A program made the translations under genes and the position numbers. Positions 18,501-27,484 of a stretch of 64,000 nt of DNA are shown piece by piece (position 1 is the first letter of the stretch; every line of letters starts with the position of its first letter). Under the pieces are notes generated by a model. The model ran no database searches. It saw only the letters and a program-made list of their open reading frames with translations, and had not been told where the DNA came from. The stretch comes from an uncultured Phycisphaerae bacterium (GTDB taxonomy: Bacteria > Planctomycetota > Phycisphaerae > UBA1845 > PWPN01): positions 275 through 64,274 of the forward strand of contig CALLOB010000020.1 of NCBI GenBank assembly GCA_938005315.1, given 5' to 3'.

Positions 18501-18934
18501 GTGTCGGACCAGACCAGCCGCTTGGGGGCGTCCTGGGGTTTCACCATCGGACCGCCGAGGTTCCAGCCGCTCTGGATGTTGAGGCTCATTTCCAGGCCGA
18601 GCCGTTGAGCCTCGCGCAGGGCATGTTTGTAGAGCTCGCGCCACGGGGGCGTGAAGAAGGTGGGGCCGTGGGGCACCTGGTCGTTGCCGTCCTGCTCGGC
18701 CCCGCCGGCGTCGCAGATCAGGGCGCCGCCGAAGCCCTTGTCGGCCATTTCCTCGAGGTCGCGGGTGATGGCGGCGGTGGTGACATTGCCGTTGAGCCAC
18801 CACCAGTAGGCCCGCACACGGGCTTCGCGCGGCGGCGCGGCGAATCCCTTCGCGAGGGCGTCGTCGGCGAGGGTGATCGGACAGAGCGCCAGGGCCGGCA
18901 CGAGACCGATGCTCAATCTGCCCGTCGGCTGCAT
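15584..18934 (-). CDS. Secreted GH106-like glycoside hydrolase (putative alpha-L-rhamnosidase type) with F5/8 type C domain
   Basis: Signal peptide, then FAAPPREARVRAYWWWLNGNVTTAAITRDLEEMADKGFGGALICDAGG. An internal discoidin-like segment is present (AVDGRPETFWAS...WIQFRFDRPVAVHGLTL). The C-terminus is a GH2-type sugar-binding-like domain. Confidence 0.75.
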   Translation of the reverse strand: MQPTGRLSIGLVPALALCPITLADDALAKGFAAPPREARVRAYWWWLNGNVTTAAITRDLEEMADKGFGGALICDAGGAEQDGNDQVPHGPTFFTPPWRELYKHALREAQRLGLEMSLNIQSGWNLGGPMVKPQDAPKRLVWSDTRVRGPGPARAILPEPQHEPAFYRDIAVVAYPVRPDHDGDATLEVTAGSQQPVHVAADAVDGRPETFWASGGTSPGDGPSRERPEWIQFRFDRPVAVHGLTLTGRPGYGPRRCELEASDDGRAWRLLSTFACPENGENSVRFDETRARTFRLRILEACDAQGGAPRNVQIVEIALHGPDGSWPRREAAHRIRNFEYKTLDRVLGRSAPDTSPLFDEAPGVPGEEHLHSGRLIDLTGRMERDGTLRWDVPEGDWEILRFGCTLNRHCRVNTNSEGWDGYAIDPFDAETFRSYWKQVVEPLIADAGPLAGETLVYLHTDSWEIEAANWTPTLREEFRRRRGYDLLPFLPAIAGRIVDSRQITNRFLYDFRKTMGDLAVDNHFRLFREYAHRRGLRIHPESGGPHAVPVDSLRCLGLNDAPMSEFWSRSWRHRVTDEDRFFVKQPASAAHTCGRRLVLAEGFTNIGPHWQETLGDNLKPSFDRACCEGLNLLVWHAFTCSPVEMGLPGQQYFAGTHIDPGTTWWNRSGPFMSYLNRCHFLLQQGLFVADAVFYYGDHVPNFARLKASDPAGVLPGFDYDVATEEVVLTRMSVRDRRIVLPDGMSYALLVLPPREAISLPVLEKIRELVHAGATVVGPRPRTATGLQDYPACDARVARLADELWPDGRPEASVGRGRVISGRPARQVLLDDGVLPDLEYVVTAAGAATRPADPGTTVLDYIHRRDGEVEIYFVVNLTEQPLAADVLFRVSGKAPELWDAVTGDRRRLTAWSCQGGRTRVPLEFAPCGSWFILFREPAASPPPAAANGNFPRLSKVAEPTGPWTVRFDPAWGGPESVEFPSLVNWTCRLEPGIRFYSGTAFYEKTFDLPDGAAAPGSRLYLDLGNVRQLAAVTLNGHDLGVLWAWPLRVEITDAVQRTGNRLRIEVVNCWANRVIGDAALEPAQRFTRTNIRKLTADSPLMDSGLLGPVTLLQSASP

Positions 18935-19157
18935 GCATGCTCATCGTCCCGGGCCGACGAAGCGATTCGTATGGAGATCCCGCCGGCCGGCGGACTTTCC
19001 GAAGGATCCGGGAGGCGCATGCGCGCGGGGCTGCCGCGACGGCGGGGTAGTGCCCGGGCGTTGCCGCCCTACGACAGCTGATGATCCATGCGAAGCGCGT
19101 CGTGGCCGACGGGTGTCGCGCGACGGCACACGCGGCGGGACCGACCGCGGCGGTCAC

Positions 19158-20105
19158 TCACTCCCGGGGAAAGAAGAAATCGACGATCGTTGCCGTCGCG
19201 TCGAGATTCTTCGAGCTGATGCCGGAGAGGGGCAGGCGCGGGCCGTGCGGCGGCCAGGCGTGTCCGCCGTCATGAATGACGTACTGGACGATGGTGCTGC
19301 CGTCGGTACAGCCGGTGAAGGTGCGTTTCTCGACGGTGGTACCGTCATCCACCAGGACCGGAAGGGTTTCAACGACGGGCTCCGACCGGCATCCGGCAGC
19401 AGCGGCGAGGACGGCGACGGAGGCATCGCTGGAAAGAACCTCCCCGCCCTGACAGGGGATCCGTGTCCCGCCGCAGACCGTTCCGCCGGAGAACGGCATC
19501 AGGGCGTCGGCGTCGCCGACGATGGTCAGGAAGGGCACGCCGGGCCGGGGGCGGCAGGTCTCGGCCAAGGGCGCAGGCATGTTCGCGATGACCGGCGCGA
19601 AACCGGCGAACACGCCGGACGTTCCGCAGCACAGACGCCAGGTCATCATGCCTCCGTTGGACGCGCCGGTGACATACACGCGTGCGGCGTCCACGCTCAC
19701 CTGCCGGCTCACGTCCTCCACCAGGGCCACCAGAAAGCGGACGTCATCGACGCCCCGGGCGGCGCTGTCCGTCGTCCCGCGGCCGTCGTTCCAGTGGCCG
19801 CCGTCATAGGCGTCCGGGTAGGCGACGAGGAAGCCGCGGGTGTCGGCGTACCCGTCGAAGCCCAGCTGCCGCTGCATCCTGCGGCCGGACCCGCCCCCTC
19901 CGTGGAGCACCAGCAGCAGCGGAAGAGGCTTCCGATCGCCGCGGTCGGGCGGCACGTGCAGGATGTAGGTGCGCTGGAGCGCGTCGACTTCCAGGGTCCG
20001 GTAATGGTTGCCCGGCCCGCTGGCACTGGTATCCGATGGCCCCGACGGGCAGGCGACGCCGGTGAGGGCGGTGCCGGCCATGAGGGTGATCAGCAGCGTT
20101 TTCAT
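19158..20105 (-). CDS. Secreted esterase, PHB depolymerase / LpqC (CE1-like) family
   Basis: Signal peptide MKTLLITLMAGTALTGVA. LPLLLVLHGGGGSG...DDVRFLVALV...VYVTGASNGGMMTWRL carries the GxSxG nucleophile elbow. Confidence 0.8.
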   Translation of the reverse strand: MKTLLITLMAGTALTGVACPSGPSDTSASGPGNHYRTLEVDALQRTYILHVPPDRGDRKPLPLLLVLHGGGGSGRRMQRQLGFDGYADTRGFLVAYPDAYDGGHWNDGRGTTDSAARGVDDVRFLVALVEDVSRQVSVDAARVYVTGASNGGMMTWRLCCGTSGVFAGFAPVIANMPAPLAETCRPRPGVPFLTIVGDADALMPFSGGTVCGGTRIPCQGGEVLSSDASVAVLAAAAGCRSEPVVETLPVLVDDGTTVEKRTFTGCTDGSTIVQYVIHDGGHAWPPHGPRLPLSGISSKNLDATATIVDFFFPRE

Positions 20106-20279
20106 CGTGAAACCTCCGTTCGGCGGTGTCGCGGGGCGGGGACGCCGCCTTACAGAGAGAAAAGCGGCGTCCGCCTCACATCCCTGGTGGTTTCGGCGAC
20201 GAGCGGGGTTACACTCCCGGAGACGATCCGGGCCCTGCCGAGGCCTGACGGGCGGCGGAGCGGCGGGGCAGCCGGCCGG

Positions 20280-22793
20280 TCAGGGACGCACCCAGGACAG
20301 CTCCAAGTTCAGGGCGGAAGGCGTCGAGTCGGGGGCGGCCCCGGACGCGGCCGTCCAGGTCGCGACGGCGAGCGTCTTTCCGTCGGCCAGGCGGACCTCG
20401 TAACGGATCTCTTCAGGAAAGAACCACGTACCCTCGTCGCCGGTCGCCAGTTGCACGGTCGGGGGGCGTTCCGGCAGGCGGGGCGGTGTGCCGTCAAGCG
20501 ACAACCTGGTCGTTTCCCCGGCCAGGGTTCCCAGGACGTGCGAACCGACGCGGACGGTCACGGGGCCGTCGGGGCCCAGATGGGTGCCGCGGATGACCAG
20601 CTCGGCCGCAGAGACTTCGGGGATCGTCGGACGATCGGCGCGAGCGGGCGCCGATGCCGGCGGCCCGAAGATTCCGGCACGCAGGCCGGCGAGGCGTTCG
20701 GCCTGGCCGTCATCCAGCGGCGGTTCGGGGTCGGCGCCGGCGACGATCACCGAGGCCGTGGCATGGCGGGACAGCGGCACAGCTGTTCCCCCATCGGCCG
20801 GTCGCGGGGCGACCCGATACGGGGGCGCGTCGACGCAGTAAACGTGGGCCCAGGCAATGCCCGCGGCCTGCGGCACGCGGATCAGGGCCTGCGTTCCGGG
20901 GGCGACGACGGGTGCGCGGGACAGGAAGCTGATCCGCGAGGTGACCGGAACGACCCAGTGGCCGCGGGCGTTGCGGAAGAGGTTCACGTCATTGGGGCCG
21001 CTGGCCGCGATGCCGTGCGGCTCGAGGACCTGCTCCTTGCCGGTCAGCGGCTCGAACAGCGGGGCATAGATCTCCAGCAGCCCGGCGGCCTCGGGATCGG
21101 GGGGCTGCTGCGAGATCGGGAACTCGCGGGCGATCATCTGGGGAAAGACCGCGTTCTGGAGTCGCAGCTTGAGTGCGGCCTCGAAGGCCAGCAGATCGTC
21201 CTTGTAGGGCTGGGGATAGTGCCAGGCGCAGACCGGCCTCAGCGGAGCGAGGTAGCCCAGTCCGCGGGCGTAGCCGTACTCGTGGCAGTAGCCGTCGACG
21301 TCCTTGAGCATCTCGATCCGCCAGAACTGGTTGACGAAGACGCGTTTTCCGGCGGCGTGAGCCTGGCGGCAGACCTCCGCGACGCCCTCGCCGACGGGGC
21401 CGGCCATGGCGGTGACTTCGCGGTCGGCGATCATCGTCAGGCCGTCGGCATGGGCGTAGTCGTAGAGGCCGGCCCAGTCGAGCCGGTCGATGGCGAAGCC
21501 GTCGATCTCCGGCAGCCGCTCGAGGTGGCGACGCAGCTGCTCCTGAAGCATGGGAAACAGCGCGTACGGCCGGCCCGAGTTCATGGCCAGGGCGCCTTCC
21601 CAGGTGGGGATCGGCCGGCCCTGGGCGTCATGGATCAGGGCGTCGGCGAAGCGTTCGCGCAGCAGGCGGTCGGCCTCGGCGGCATCGCCGCTGCCTCCAC
21701 CGGCGCCGCCGTATTCGGTCACGTTGAAATACGCGAACGTGCAGATGCCGTGCTCGTGCATCCGGCGGATGAACGCGCGGATCTTCGCGTCGCTCATCGT
21801 CTCGCCGAGGTTCCACCAGCGGGCGTAGGTGTAGGGCTTCCACTCCGGGGCGTCCGGCAGGTATTCTCCCAGGTGGGTGAACCAGAAGCTCGACCACAGC
21901 CAGCGGATGTTCTGGCGGGCCATCTCCTCCAGGGGCGGATGTTCGTGGATGTGGTGGTACCAGAAGGCGCCCTCGCAGGATCCGCGGGGCAGGGCCGGCC
22001 GGAAGTGCCTCGGAAAGGCGTCGCTGTAGGCCCGCAGGACGGCGCGGTAGTCGGCGGGGTGGGCGTGGAGCATCAGGCGCACGGCGGCCGGCCGGCCGCC
22101 GCCCATGGCCCGGTGGCCCAGGCGCAGGCGGAGCGTGGCCGCGTCGGACCACTCGATCTGCAGATGGGGGATCGGCGGCTCGGGCGGCAGGGCGACGGTC
22201 AGGGCCGCGTCCGCGCGGGTATCGAAGACCGACGCCAGCGGCAGGACGCAGTAGCGCCCCGCATCCCAGCCGGTGGCGCCGTAGGGCCAGACCGAGTAGT
22301 CGCGGTAGGTCGCCACGGACATGAGGCCGCGCTCGCCGGCGGTGAAGACCGACCGGTCCGCGGTCAGAATCGGCAGTTCGATGCACACTTCGTGACCGGC
22401 GCGCGGGCCGTCGCCGCGAAACTCCAGGTCCCAGGTCAGCCCCGAGTCCGTCGATGACCATCTCTCGACGCATTCGAGGGCCGCCTCCGGCAGGCGGCGG
22501 GTGATGGTGGCGCCGGTCCCGTCTGCGGCGGCGGTTCCGTCGGCGGCCGCGGCCGTTGCGCCGGAGGCCTCGTTGCGGATACTCCAGCGCATCGGGCCCG
22601 CGAGCCAGGCATGCCGGCCGTCGGGGCCGGTGGCAAGACCCGTCACCATGCCGTCCGGCGACACGACGACGTGCACGCCGGCGCCGCCGATGCGAAGTTG
22701 TTCGGCCGCGATGCCGGGTGCCGGCACAGAAATCCAGAGCACCAGCAGCAGGCCGGTCAGGCCGGTGTCGCGGCTGTTTCGACACCAGATCAT
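20280..22793 (-). CDS. Secreted hypothetical protein, possibly glycoside-hydrolase-like TIM barrel
   Basis: Internal ATG at 22793 gives MIWCRNSRDTGLTGLLLVLWISVPAPGIAA. Long conserved-looking core (GICTFAYFNVTEYGG...IDGFAIDRLDW...) but I recognise no named family. Confidence 0.55.
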   Translation of the reverse strand: MIWCRNSRDTGLTGLLLVLWISVPAPGIAAEQLRIGGAGVHVVVSPDGMVTGLATGPDGRHAWLAGPMRWSIRNEASGATAAAADGTAAADGTGATITRRLPEAALECVERWSSTDSGLTWDLEFRGDGPRAGHEVCIELPILTADRSVFTAGERGLMSVATYRDYSVWPYGATGWDAGRYCVLPLASVFDTRADAALTVALPPEPPIPHLQIEWSDAATLRLRLGHRAMGGGRPAAVRLMLHAHPADYRAVLRAYSDAFPRHFRPALPRGSCEGAFWYHHIHEHPPLEEMARQNIRWLWSSFWFTHLGEYLPDAPEWKPYTYARWWNLGETMSDAKIRAFIRRMHEHGICTFAYFNVTEYGGAGGGSGDAAEADRLLRERFADALIHDAQGRPIPTWEGALAMNSGRPYALFPMLQEQLRRHLERLPEIDGFAIDRLDWAGLYDYAHADGLTMIADREVTAMAGPVGEGVAEVCRQAHAAGKRVFVNQFWRIEMLKDVDGYCHEYGYARGLGYLAPLRPVCAWHYPQPYKDDLLAFEAALKLRLQNAVFPQMIAREFPISQQPPDPEAAGLLEIYAPLFEPLTGKEQVLEPHGIAASGPNDVNLFRNARGHWVVPVTSRISFLSRAPVVAPGTQALIRVPQAAGIAWAHVYCVDAPPYRVAPRPADGGTAVPLSRHATASVIVAGADPEPPLDDGQAERLAGLRAGIFGPPASAPARADRPTIPEVSAAELVIRGTHLGPDGPVTVRVGSHVLGTLAGETTRLSLDGTPPRLPERPPTVQLATGDEGTWFFPEEIRYEVRLADGKTLAVATWTAASGAAPDSTPSALNLELSWVRP

Positions 22794-22958
22794 GGGACGA
22801 ACTCCGATTCGCGGTGATTCGATGACCGCTTCCGGAACCGCGCTGGTCCCGAACGGCGGCGGTAGCGGCATCTTATGGGACGGAGGGCGGCGGTCAAGGC
22901 CGCCGGATCGGCGGGCCGGGCCGATGCTGAGGGGTGCGCGCCGGCCGGTCGGCGGTTT

Positions 22959-24353
22959 TCAGACGGCCAGCCGCTTGATGACCACGCCGGTGAGGTCGTC
23001 GGCCTGGGGCGTGCCGCCGGAGAAGTTCAGGACGTCGGTGTGAAGGTGCTGGATCATGGCGGCGGCCGGGAGGTGGCGGGCGGAGCGGATGGTCCGGCAC
23101 AGCCGCTCGACGCCGTAAGGCTCGCCGTCGATGTTGACCCATTCGAAGAAGCCGTCGGTCAGCAGGACCAGCGTGTCGCCGGGATGCATGTCCAGCCGGC
23201 GTGCCGGGCCGTAGCGGGTCTCCGCGAGCACGCCGAAGGGCACGTCGTCGGCATGGCTGACCTCGACCTCGTCGGCCTCCGCGCGGTAGAGGAAGATCGG
23301 GCCGTGCCCGGCCGAGAGCATCTGGACGGTCCGGGACCGCTGGTCGAGCAGGGCGGCCACGAAGGTGATGAAGCGGTCGGCCGGCAGGTCCTCGGCCAGC
23401 AGGCGGTGGATGCGGTTGATCAGCTCGCCGAAGTCGTCGCCGCCGAGGAAGCTGGCCCGGGCATAGGCCCGGCAGACGGCGGTGACCAGGGCCGGACCGA
23501 TCCCATGGCCGCTGACGTCGGCCAGCGAGACGACCAGCCGTCCCCCCGCGAGTTCCTGCCAGTCGAAGTAGTCGCCGCCGGTCTGGTCGGCCGGGCGGCT
23601 CCAGCCGGCGATGTCGTAGCCGCGCAGATCGGGGCGTCGGCGGGGCAGCAGGCCCTGCTGGATCGAGCGGGCGATGTCCAGGTCGCGTTCCAGCCGGCGG
23701 ATCTCCTCGCGCGTGGCGGCCTCGCGCAGGGCGGCGATGAGATGCACGCGGGTCTGGCGGGCCACGGCCGCGGCCGCGAGTCCGCTGCAGACCATCACGA
23801 CGGCGAAGGTCACGTAGACCGGGAAGGTGAACGCGCCGCTGCCCGGCGGCGGGACGGGGACCCAGTGGAACGTGCACCAGGCCAGGGCGAGATACTGCGC
23901 GGCGGCCACCGCGCCGGTCAGCAGGCACAGCAGCGGGCTGAGATGCAGGATGGAGAGAATGAGGAAGAGCATGTAGCCCAGGGCCGCCGGGCTGACCAGC
24001 GACCGATAGGGGCCGGGGTAATCGGCCAGCGTGCCGATGAGCATGACGGCGCTGGGCAGGGAGGTTTCGACGAGGATGTTGACCGCCCAGATCCACTGCG
24101 GCGGCCGGGCGGCGGCTCGCAGGGCCCGGGCCACGCTGCGCAGCATGAGGCTCTCATGGACGAAGAAGACCGCGACCACGGCGAGGATGCGCGGCAGATG
24201 GGCGCGGGTCTCTTCCTCTCCCGGCAGTCGGCTGCGGATCAGGACGACCGCCACCATGATCGCGATGACGGCCATGAGGCTGGCGATGCGCAGCCGCTCG
24301 CTGGCCAGGGCGGCCCTGTGGAAAGCCGGCGACTCGATCGAACGGGTGACCAT
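22959..24353 (-). CDS. Membrane-anchored PP2C/SpoIIE-family serine phosphatase (RsbU-like)
   Basis: Multi-TM N-terminal half. The C-terminal half has GDYFDWQELAGGRLVVSLADVSGHGIGPAL...LLTDGFFE...DDLTGVVIKR. Confidence 0.85.
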   Translation of the reverse strand: MVTRSIESPAFHRAALASERLRIASLMAVIAIMVAVVLIRSRLPGEEETRAHLPRILAVVAVFFVHESLMLRSVARALRAAARPPQWIWAVNILVETSLPSAVMLIGTLADYPGPYRSLVSPAALGYMLFLILSILHLSPLLCLLTGAVAAAQYLALAWCTFHWVPVPPPGSGAFTFPVYVTFAVVMVCSGLAAAAVARQTRVHLIAALREAATREEIRRLERDLDIARSIQQGLLPRRRPDLRGYDIAGWSRPADQTGGDYFDWQELAGGRLVVSLADVSGHGIGPALVTAVCRAYARASFLGGDDFGELINRIHRLLAEDLPADRFITFVAALLDQRSRTVQMLSAGHGPIFLYRAEADEVEVSHADDVPFGVLAETRYGPARRLDMHPGDTLVLLTDGFFEWVNIDGEPYGVERLCRTIRSARHLPAAAMIQHLHTDVLNFSGGTPQADDLTGVVIKRLAV

Positions 24354-24377
24354 GGCGGGCTCCTGGCGATGGGGGGT

Positions 24378-25631
24378 TCAGGCCTCCTGAAGCATATCGC
24401 AGACCAGCCGGGCGATCTCGGCCTCCTCATCGGTGGGGATGACGCGGACGGTGACGGCGGCGCCGTCGGCCGAGATGACCGGTGCGCCGGCGGTGTTGCG
24501 GGGCTCGTCGAGGGCGATGCCCAGGAACCCCAGCCCGGCGCAGATGCGGGCCCGGATTTCCGGGGCGTTTTCGCCGATGCCGCCGCTGAAGACCAGCGTG
24601 TCCAGGCCCTCCAAAGCGGCGGCCAGGGCCCCGAGCCACTTGCGGGCGTCGTAGCAGTACAGGGCCACGGCCTCGGCGGCGCGCACGTCGTGAGGCTCGC
24701 GGGCCAGCAGGTCGCGCATGTCGGAGCTGGTTTCGGAGACGCCCAGCAGGCCGGACTCGGCGTTGATCATGTGCTGGAAGCGGTCGGCGGTCATCCCCTC
24801 GGTGCGGGCGAGGTAGGCGAACACGCCGGGGTCGAGGTCGCCGGTGCGGGTGCTCATCATCAGCCCGGCGGTGGGCGTGAACCCCATGGTGGTGTCGATG
24901 CTCCGCCCGCCGCGGACGGCGGCCATGCTCGAACCGTTGCCCAGGTGGGCGAGGATGACGCGTCCCTCGGCTTCGCCGGGCCGGCCGATGCGGGCCAGTT
25001 CGCGCATCAGAAAGGCGTACGAGAGGCCGTGAAAGCCGTAGCGCCGGACGCCGGCGGCGTCGTAGCGTCGCGGGAGAGGGAGAAGCTGAGCGACGCGGGG
25101 GACGGTGCGGTGGAACGCGGTGTCGAAGCAGGCCACCTGCGGCAGCGAGGGAAGCCGCCGGCTGAAGGCCTCGATCAGCCCGATCTGGGCCGGGAAGTGG
25201 CCGGGGTTGTAGGGGCCCAGGCGTCGCATTTCGGCCAGGACCTCAGGCGAGAGCCGCTGGGGGCGGTCGTAGCGCATGCCGCCGTGGACCACGCGGTGAC
25301 CGACGGCCTTCACGGCGGCGAAATCGACCTCCTGTTCCAGGAGCCGGATCAGCGGTTCCAGGCAGGCGGCGTGATCGGCGGCCTGGATCGTGCGGCGGGC
25401 GACCTCCGGGCCGCTCCCCCGGGTCACGGAGATGGCGGTGTCCGGCAGGCCGATGCGTTCGATCCGGCCGGCCAGCAGCCGCGCCGGGGGGCGGTCCGCC
25501 CGGAAAAGCGAGAACTTGATGCTGGAGGAGCCGGCATTGATGGTCAGTACCCGATCGCCGTCGGCGGGTGTCCGGTCGCCTCCGGAGGCCGGTGACGCTT
25601 GACCGGCAGCCATGGACCGCTTATCGCTCAT
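24378..25631 (-). CDS. ackA: Acetate kinase
   Basis: VLTINAGSSSIKFSLF, VGHRVVHGG, and the C-terminal IPTDEEAEIAR. Start chosen at ATG 25631; the longer ORF extension is Arg/Pro-rich. Confidence 0.9.
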   Translation of the reverse strand: MSDKRSMAAGQASPASGGDRTPADGDRVLTINAGSSSIKFSLFRADRPPARLLAGRIERIGLPDTAISVTRGSGPEVARRTIQAADHAACLEPLIRLLEQEVDFAAVKAVGHRVVHGGMRYDRPQRLSPEVLAEMRRLGPYNPGHFPAQIGLIEAFSRRLPSLPQVACFDTAFHRTVPRVAQLLPLPRRYDAAGVRRYGFHGLSYAFLMRELARIGRPGEAEGRVILAHLGNGSSMAAVRGGRSIDTTMGFTPTAGLMMSTRTGDLDPGVFAYLARTEGMTADRFQHMINAESGLLGVSETSSDMRDLLAREPHDVRAAEAVALYCYDARKWLGALAAALEGLDTLVFSGGIGENAPEIRARICAGLGFLGIALDEPRNTAGAPVISADGAAVTVRVIPTDEEAEIARLVCDMLQEA

Positions 25632-25861
25632 GAGGCCGGGGCTTCCAACGCGCCGTTCGGCGCTCCGGGCCGACTCGGGCCGGAGATCTCGGGCAGCGCG
25701 GAGCGATCCTAATGCCCGGGTGGCGGCCCGGCAAGGCGGGGACGATTCCATTTTTCGCGGGGATTTGTAGTGGCTCGGTCGGCCGGGCCGGCGGTAGAAT
25801 CCCGGGCGTCCCGGCCGCGCGGCCGGGAGCGGATGCATCGGGGGAACGAAAGGAGGTCGCG

Positions 25862-26638
25862 ATGGGCTGCCGCAGACCGGGAATCGCCGCCCTCAAGGCC
25901 GTGGCCGTCATCGCCGCGATCGTGGTGGCCGCGGGCGTGGTGCTCTACTTCACCAGCGACGTGTTCAGCACCCGGGTCGATGCACGGATCGACCAGCTGG
26001 CCCACTGGACGCCGCAAAACATCGCCAAGGACCCCGAGAACTACCTCAACTTCTGCGAGAAGCAGGCCCGCCGGGCGCTGGACGATCTCAAGGCCAACGA
26101 GATCAGCATCGCTCAGAGCCGCGCCCGGCTGGAGGGCATGCGGAAGGACGCGACGGAGAAGATCGCCGCCGGCGTCAAGGCTCTGGACGAGCTCAAGGAG
26201 CTCTACCGCGCGACCGAGGCGGCGGGCAGCTGGCCGGCGGGCTGGCAGGGTCAGCCGCGCGACCGGGACTGGACCCGGCGTCAGGTCGTGTCCCTGGCCA
26301 GGCAGATCGACGGCCAGAAGGCGCTGCTGGAGAAGGTCGAGGCCGGCCTGAAGAAGCTCGACGCCCAGGTCCTGCGGGTTCAGGATGCCAGGGCCAAAGC
26401 CGCCGAGCAGCTGGCCGAGATCGCCGGCAGCCGCGAGATGCTGAAAGTCCAGAAGATCACCGACGACCTGACGGCGCGGCTGGTGAACATGAAGGGCATG
26501 CTGGAAGCGACGATCAGCACGGCCAGCGAGACCTCCGGCATCATCTCGCTGGACCAGCTGGCGGCCGAGTCCGCGGCGGTGGTCAGCGACGAGGAGTTCG
26601 ACAAGGTGATGGCGGCTCCGTCCGCCGGGCCGGATTGA
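25862..26638 (+). CDS. N-terminally membrane-anchored coiled-coil protein, PspA/IM30-like by pattern
   Basis: AGGAGG RBS. MGCRRPGIAALKAVAVIAAIVVAAGVVLYF is a signal-anchor. It is followed by ...AKDPENYLNFCEKQARRALDDLKANEISIAQSRARLE..., long heptad-rich helices. Confidence 0.6.
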   Translation: MGCRRPGIAALKAVAVIAAIVVAAGVVLYFTSDVFSTRVDARIDQLAHWTPQNIAKDPENYLNFCEKQARRALDDLKANEISIAQSRARLEGMRKDATEKIAAGVKALDELKELYRATEAAGSWPAGWQGQPRDRDWTRRQVVSLARQIDGQKALLEKVEAGLKKLDAQVLRVQDARAKAAEQLAEIAGSREMLKVQKITDDLTARLVNMKGMLEATISTASETSGIISLDQLAAESAAVVSDEEFDKVMAAPSAGPD

Positions 26639-26744
26639 GGCTGCCGGCCGGAATCCCGGGCCGCCGCCGGGGACCGGATTGCGGCCGGCCCGAGTTTCCA
26701 TCCGGGCGGCGGTGCACGGGGAATGTTTGCCGGGCAGGAATCCG

Positions 26745-27455
26745 ATGGCATTCAGGGCGGCGCGGACATGCCGGTGGGTCGTTCTCCTGCTGCCGTGTTG
26801 CGTCGGTTGCAAGCCGCAGGCGCCGTCCGCGCCGCCGGCGCCGCGCAGCTGGACCAGCGATCAGATCGCGGCCGACCCGGTGGGCTATCTGGAGGACCAG
26901 GACCGCCAGGTCGAACTGCAGATCCAGGAGCGCCGCAACCGGCTCGAGCAGGTTTCCCTGCGGCGTGCCCAGATCGCCGAGAAGCGGCAGCGCCTGGCCG
27001 AGAACATGAGCCAGATCCGCAACGTGCACGACCGGCTGGCCGCCGCCGTCCGTCGGGCCGACGACGAGGACCGCTGGCCGGCGCGGATGGGAGGCCGGAG
27101 CTTCACCCGCGAAAAGGCGCGGGCGATCCTGACGGCCACCGAACAGTACCTGCAGGACCGCGAGCCGCTGGCCCGGGCCTACGACGAGACGCTCGACAAG
27201 CTCGCCCGGATGGAGTCGCAGATGATGCGCGAAAGCCAGGACCTGGCCCGTCTGCGGGAGCGGATCGCGCTGGACATCGAGCGCATCCGGCTCAACCAGG
27301 GCATTGCCGAGCTGGGCGAGCTCCGCAAGGCGGAGACGGAGCTGGCCTCGTTCTCGAAGATGCTGGGGGCCATGGACGAGAACGTACTGGACACGGCGAC
27401 GGTGGCGGCCCGCGAGGAGCCCGTCCCGATCGACGTGGAAAAGCTGCTGAACTGA
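26745..27455 (+). CDS. Coiled-coil lipoprotein, paralog of the upstream gene
   Basis: MAFRAARTCRWVVLLLPCCVGC has a lipobox. It shares the ADPVGYLE and RWPA motifs and the helix pattern with 25862..26638. Confidence 0.6.
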   Translation: MAFRAARTCRWVVLLLPCCVGCKPQAPSAPPAPRSWTSDQIAADPVGYLEDQDRQVELQIQERRNRLEQVSLRRAQIAEKRQRLAENMSQIRNVHDRLAAAVRRADDEDRWPARMGGRSFTREKARAILTATEQYLQDREPLARAYDETLDKLARMESQMMRESQDLARLRERIALDIERIRLNQGIAELGELRKAETELASFSKMLGAMDENVLDTATVAAREEPVPIDVEKLLN

Positions 27456-27484
27456 CCCGCCTGATCATCGGAAAGGGGTGTGGC

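Noticed and set aside
15770-22457. 1103-aa (15770..19081) and 1194-aa (18873..22457) plus-strand ORFs.
   Set aside because: They are antisense to the GH106-like, esterase and 837-aa genes, which have signal peptides, RBSs and family motifs. The plus-strand translations are low-complexity (G/A/R/D/V-rich) with no motifs.
22875-25595. 906-aa plus-strand ORF.
   Set aside because: Antisense to the PP2C phosphatase and ackA, both with unambiguous catalytic motifs.
26723-27484. 5' extensions of composite ORFs: 26723..29113, 54127..55953, 55035..56576, 31652..33289, 41531..42904, 12879..14162, 12050..13123.
   Set aside because: In each case the upstream part overlaps a neighbouring real gene or is Arg/Pro-rich. 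An internal start with an SD and a sensible N-terminus (signal peptide or family N-terminus) exists and was used instead.
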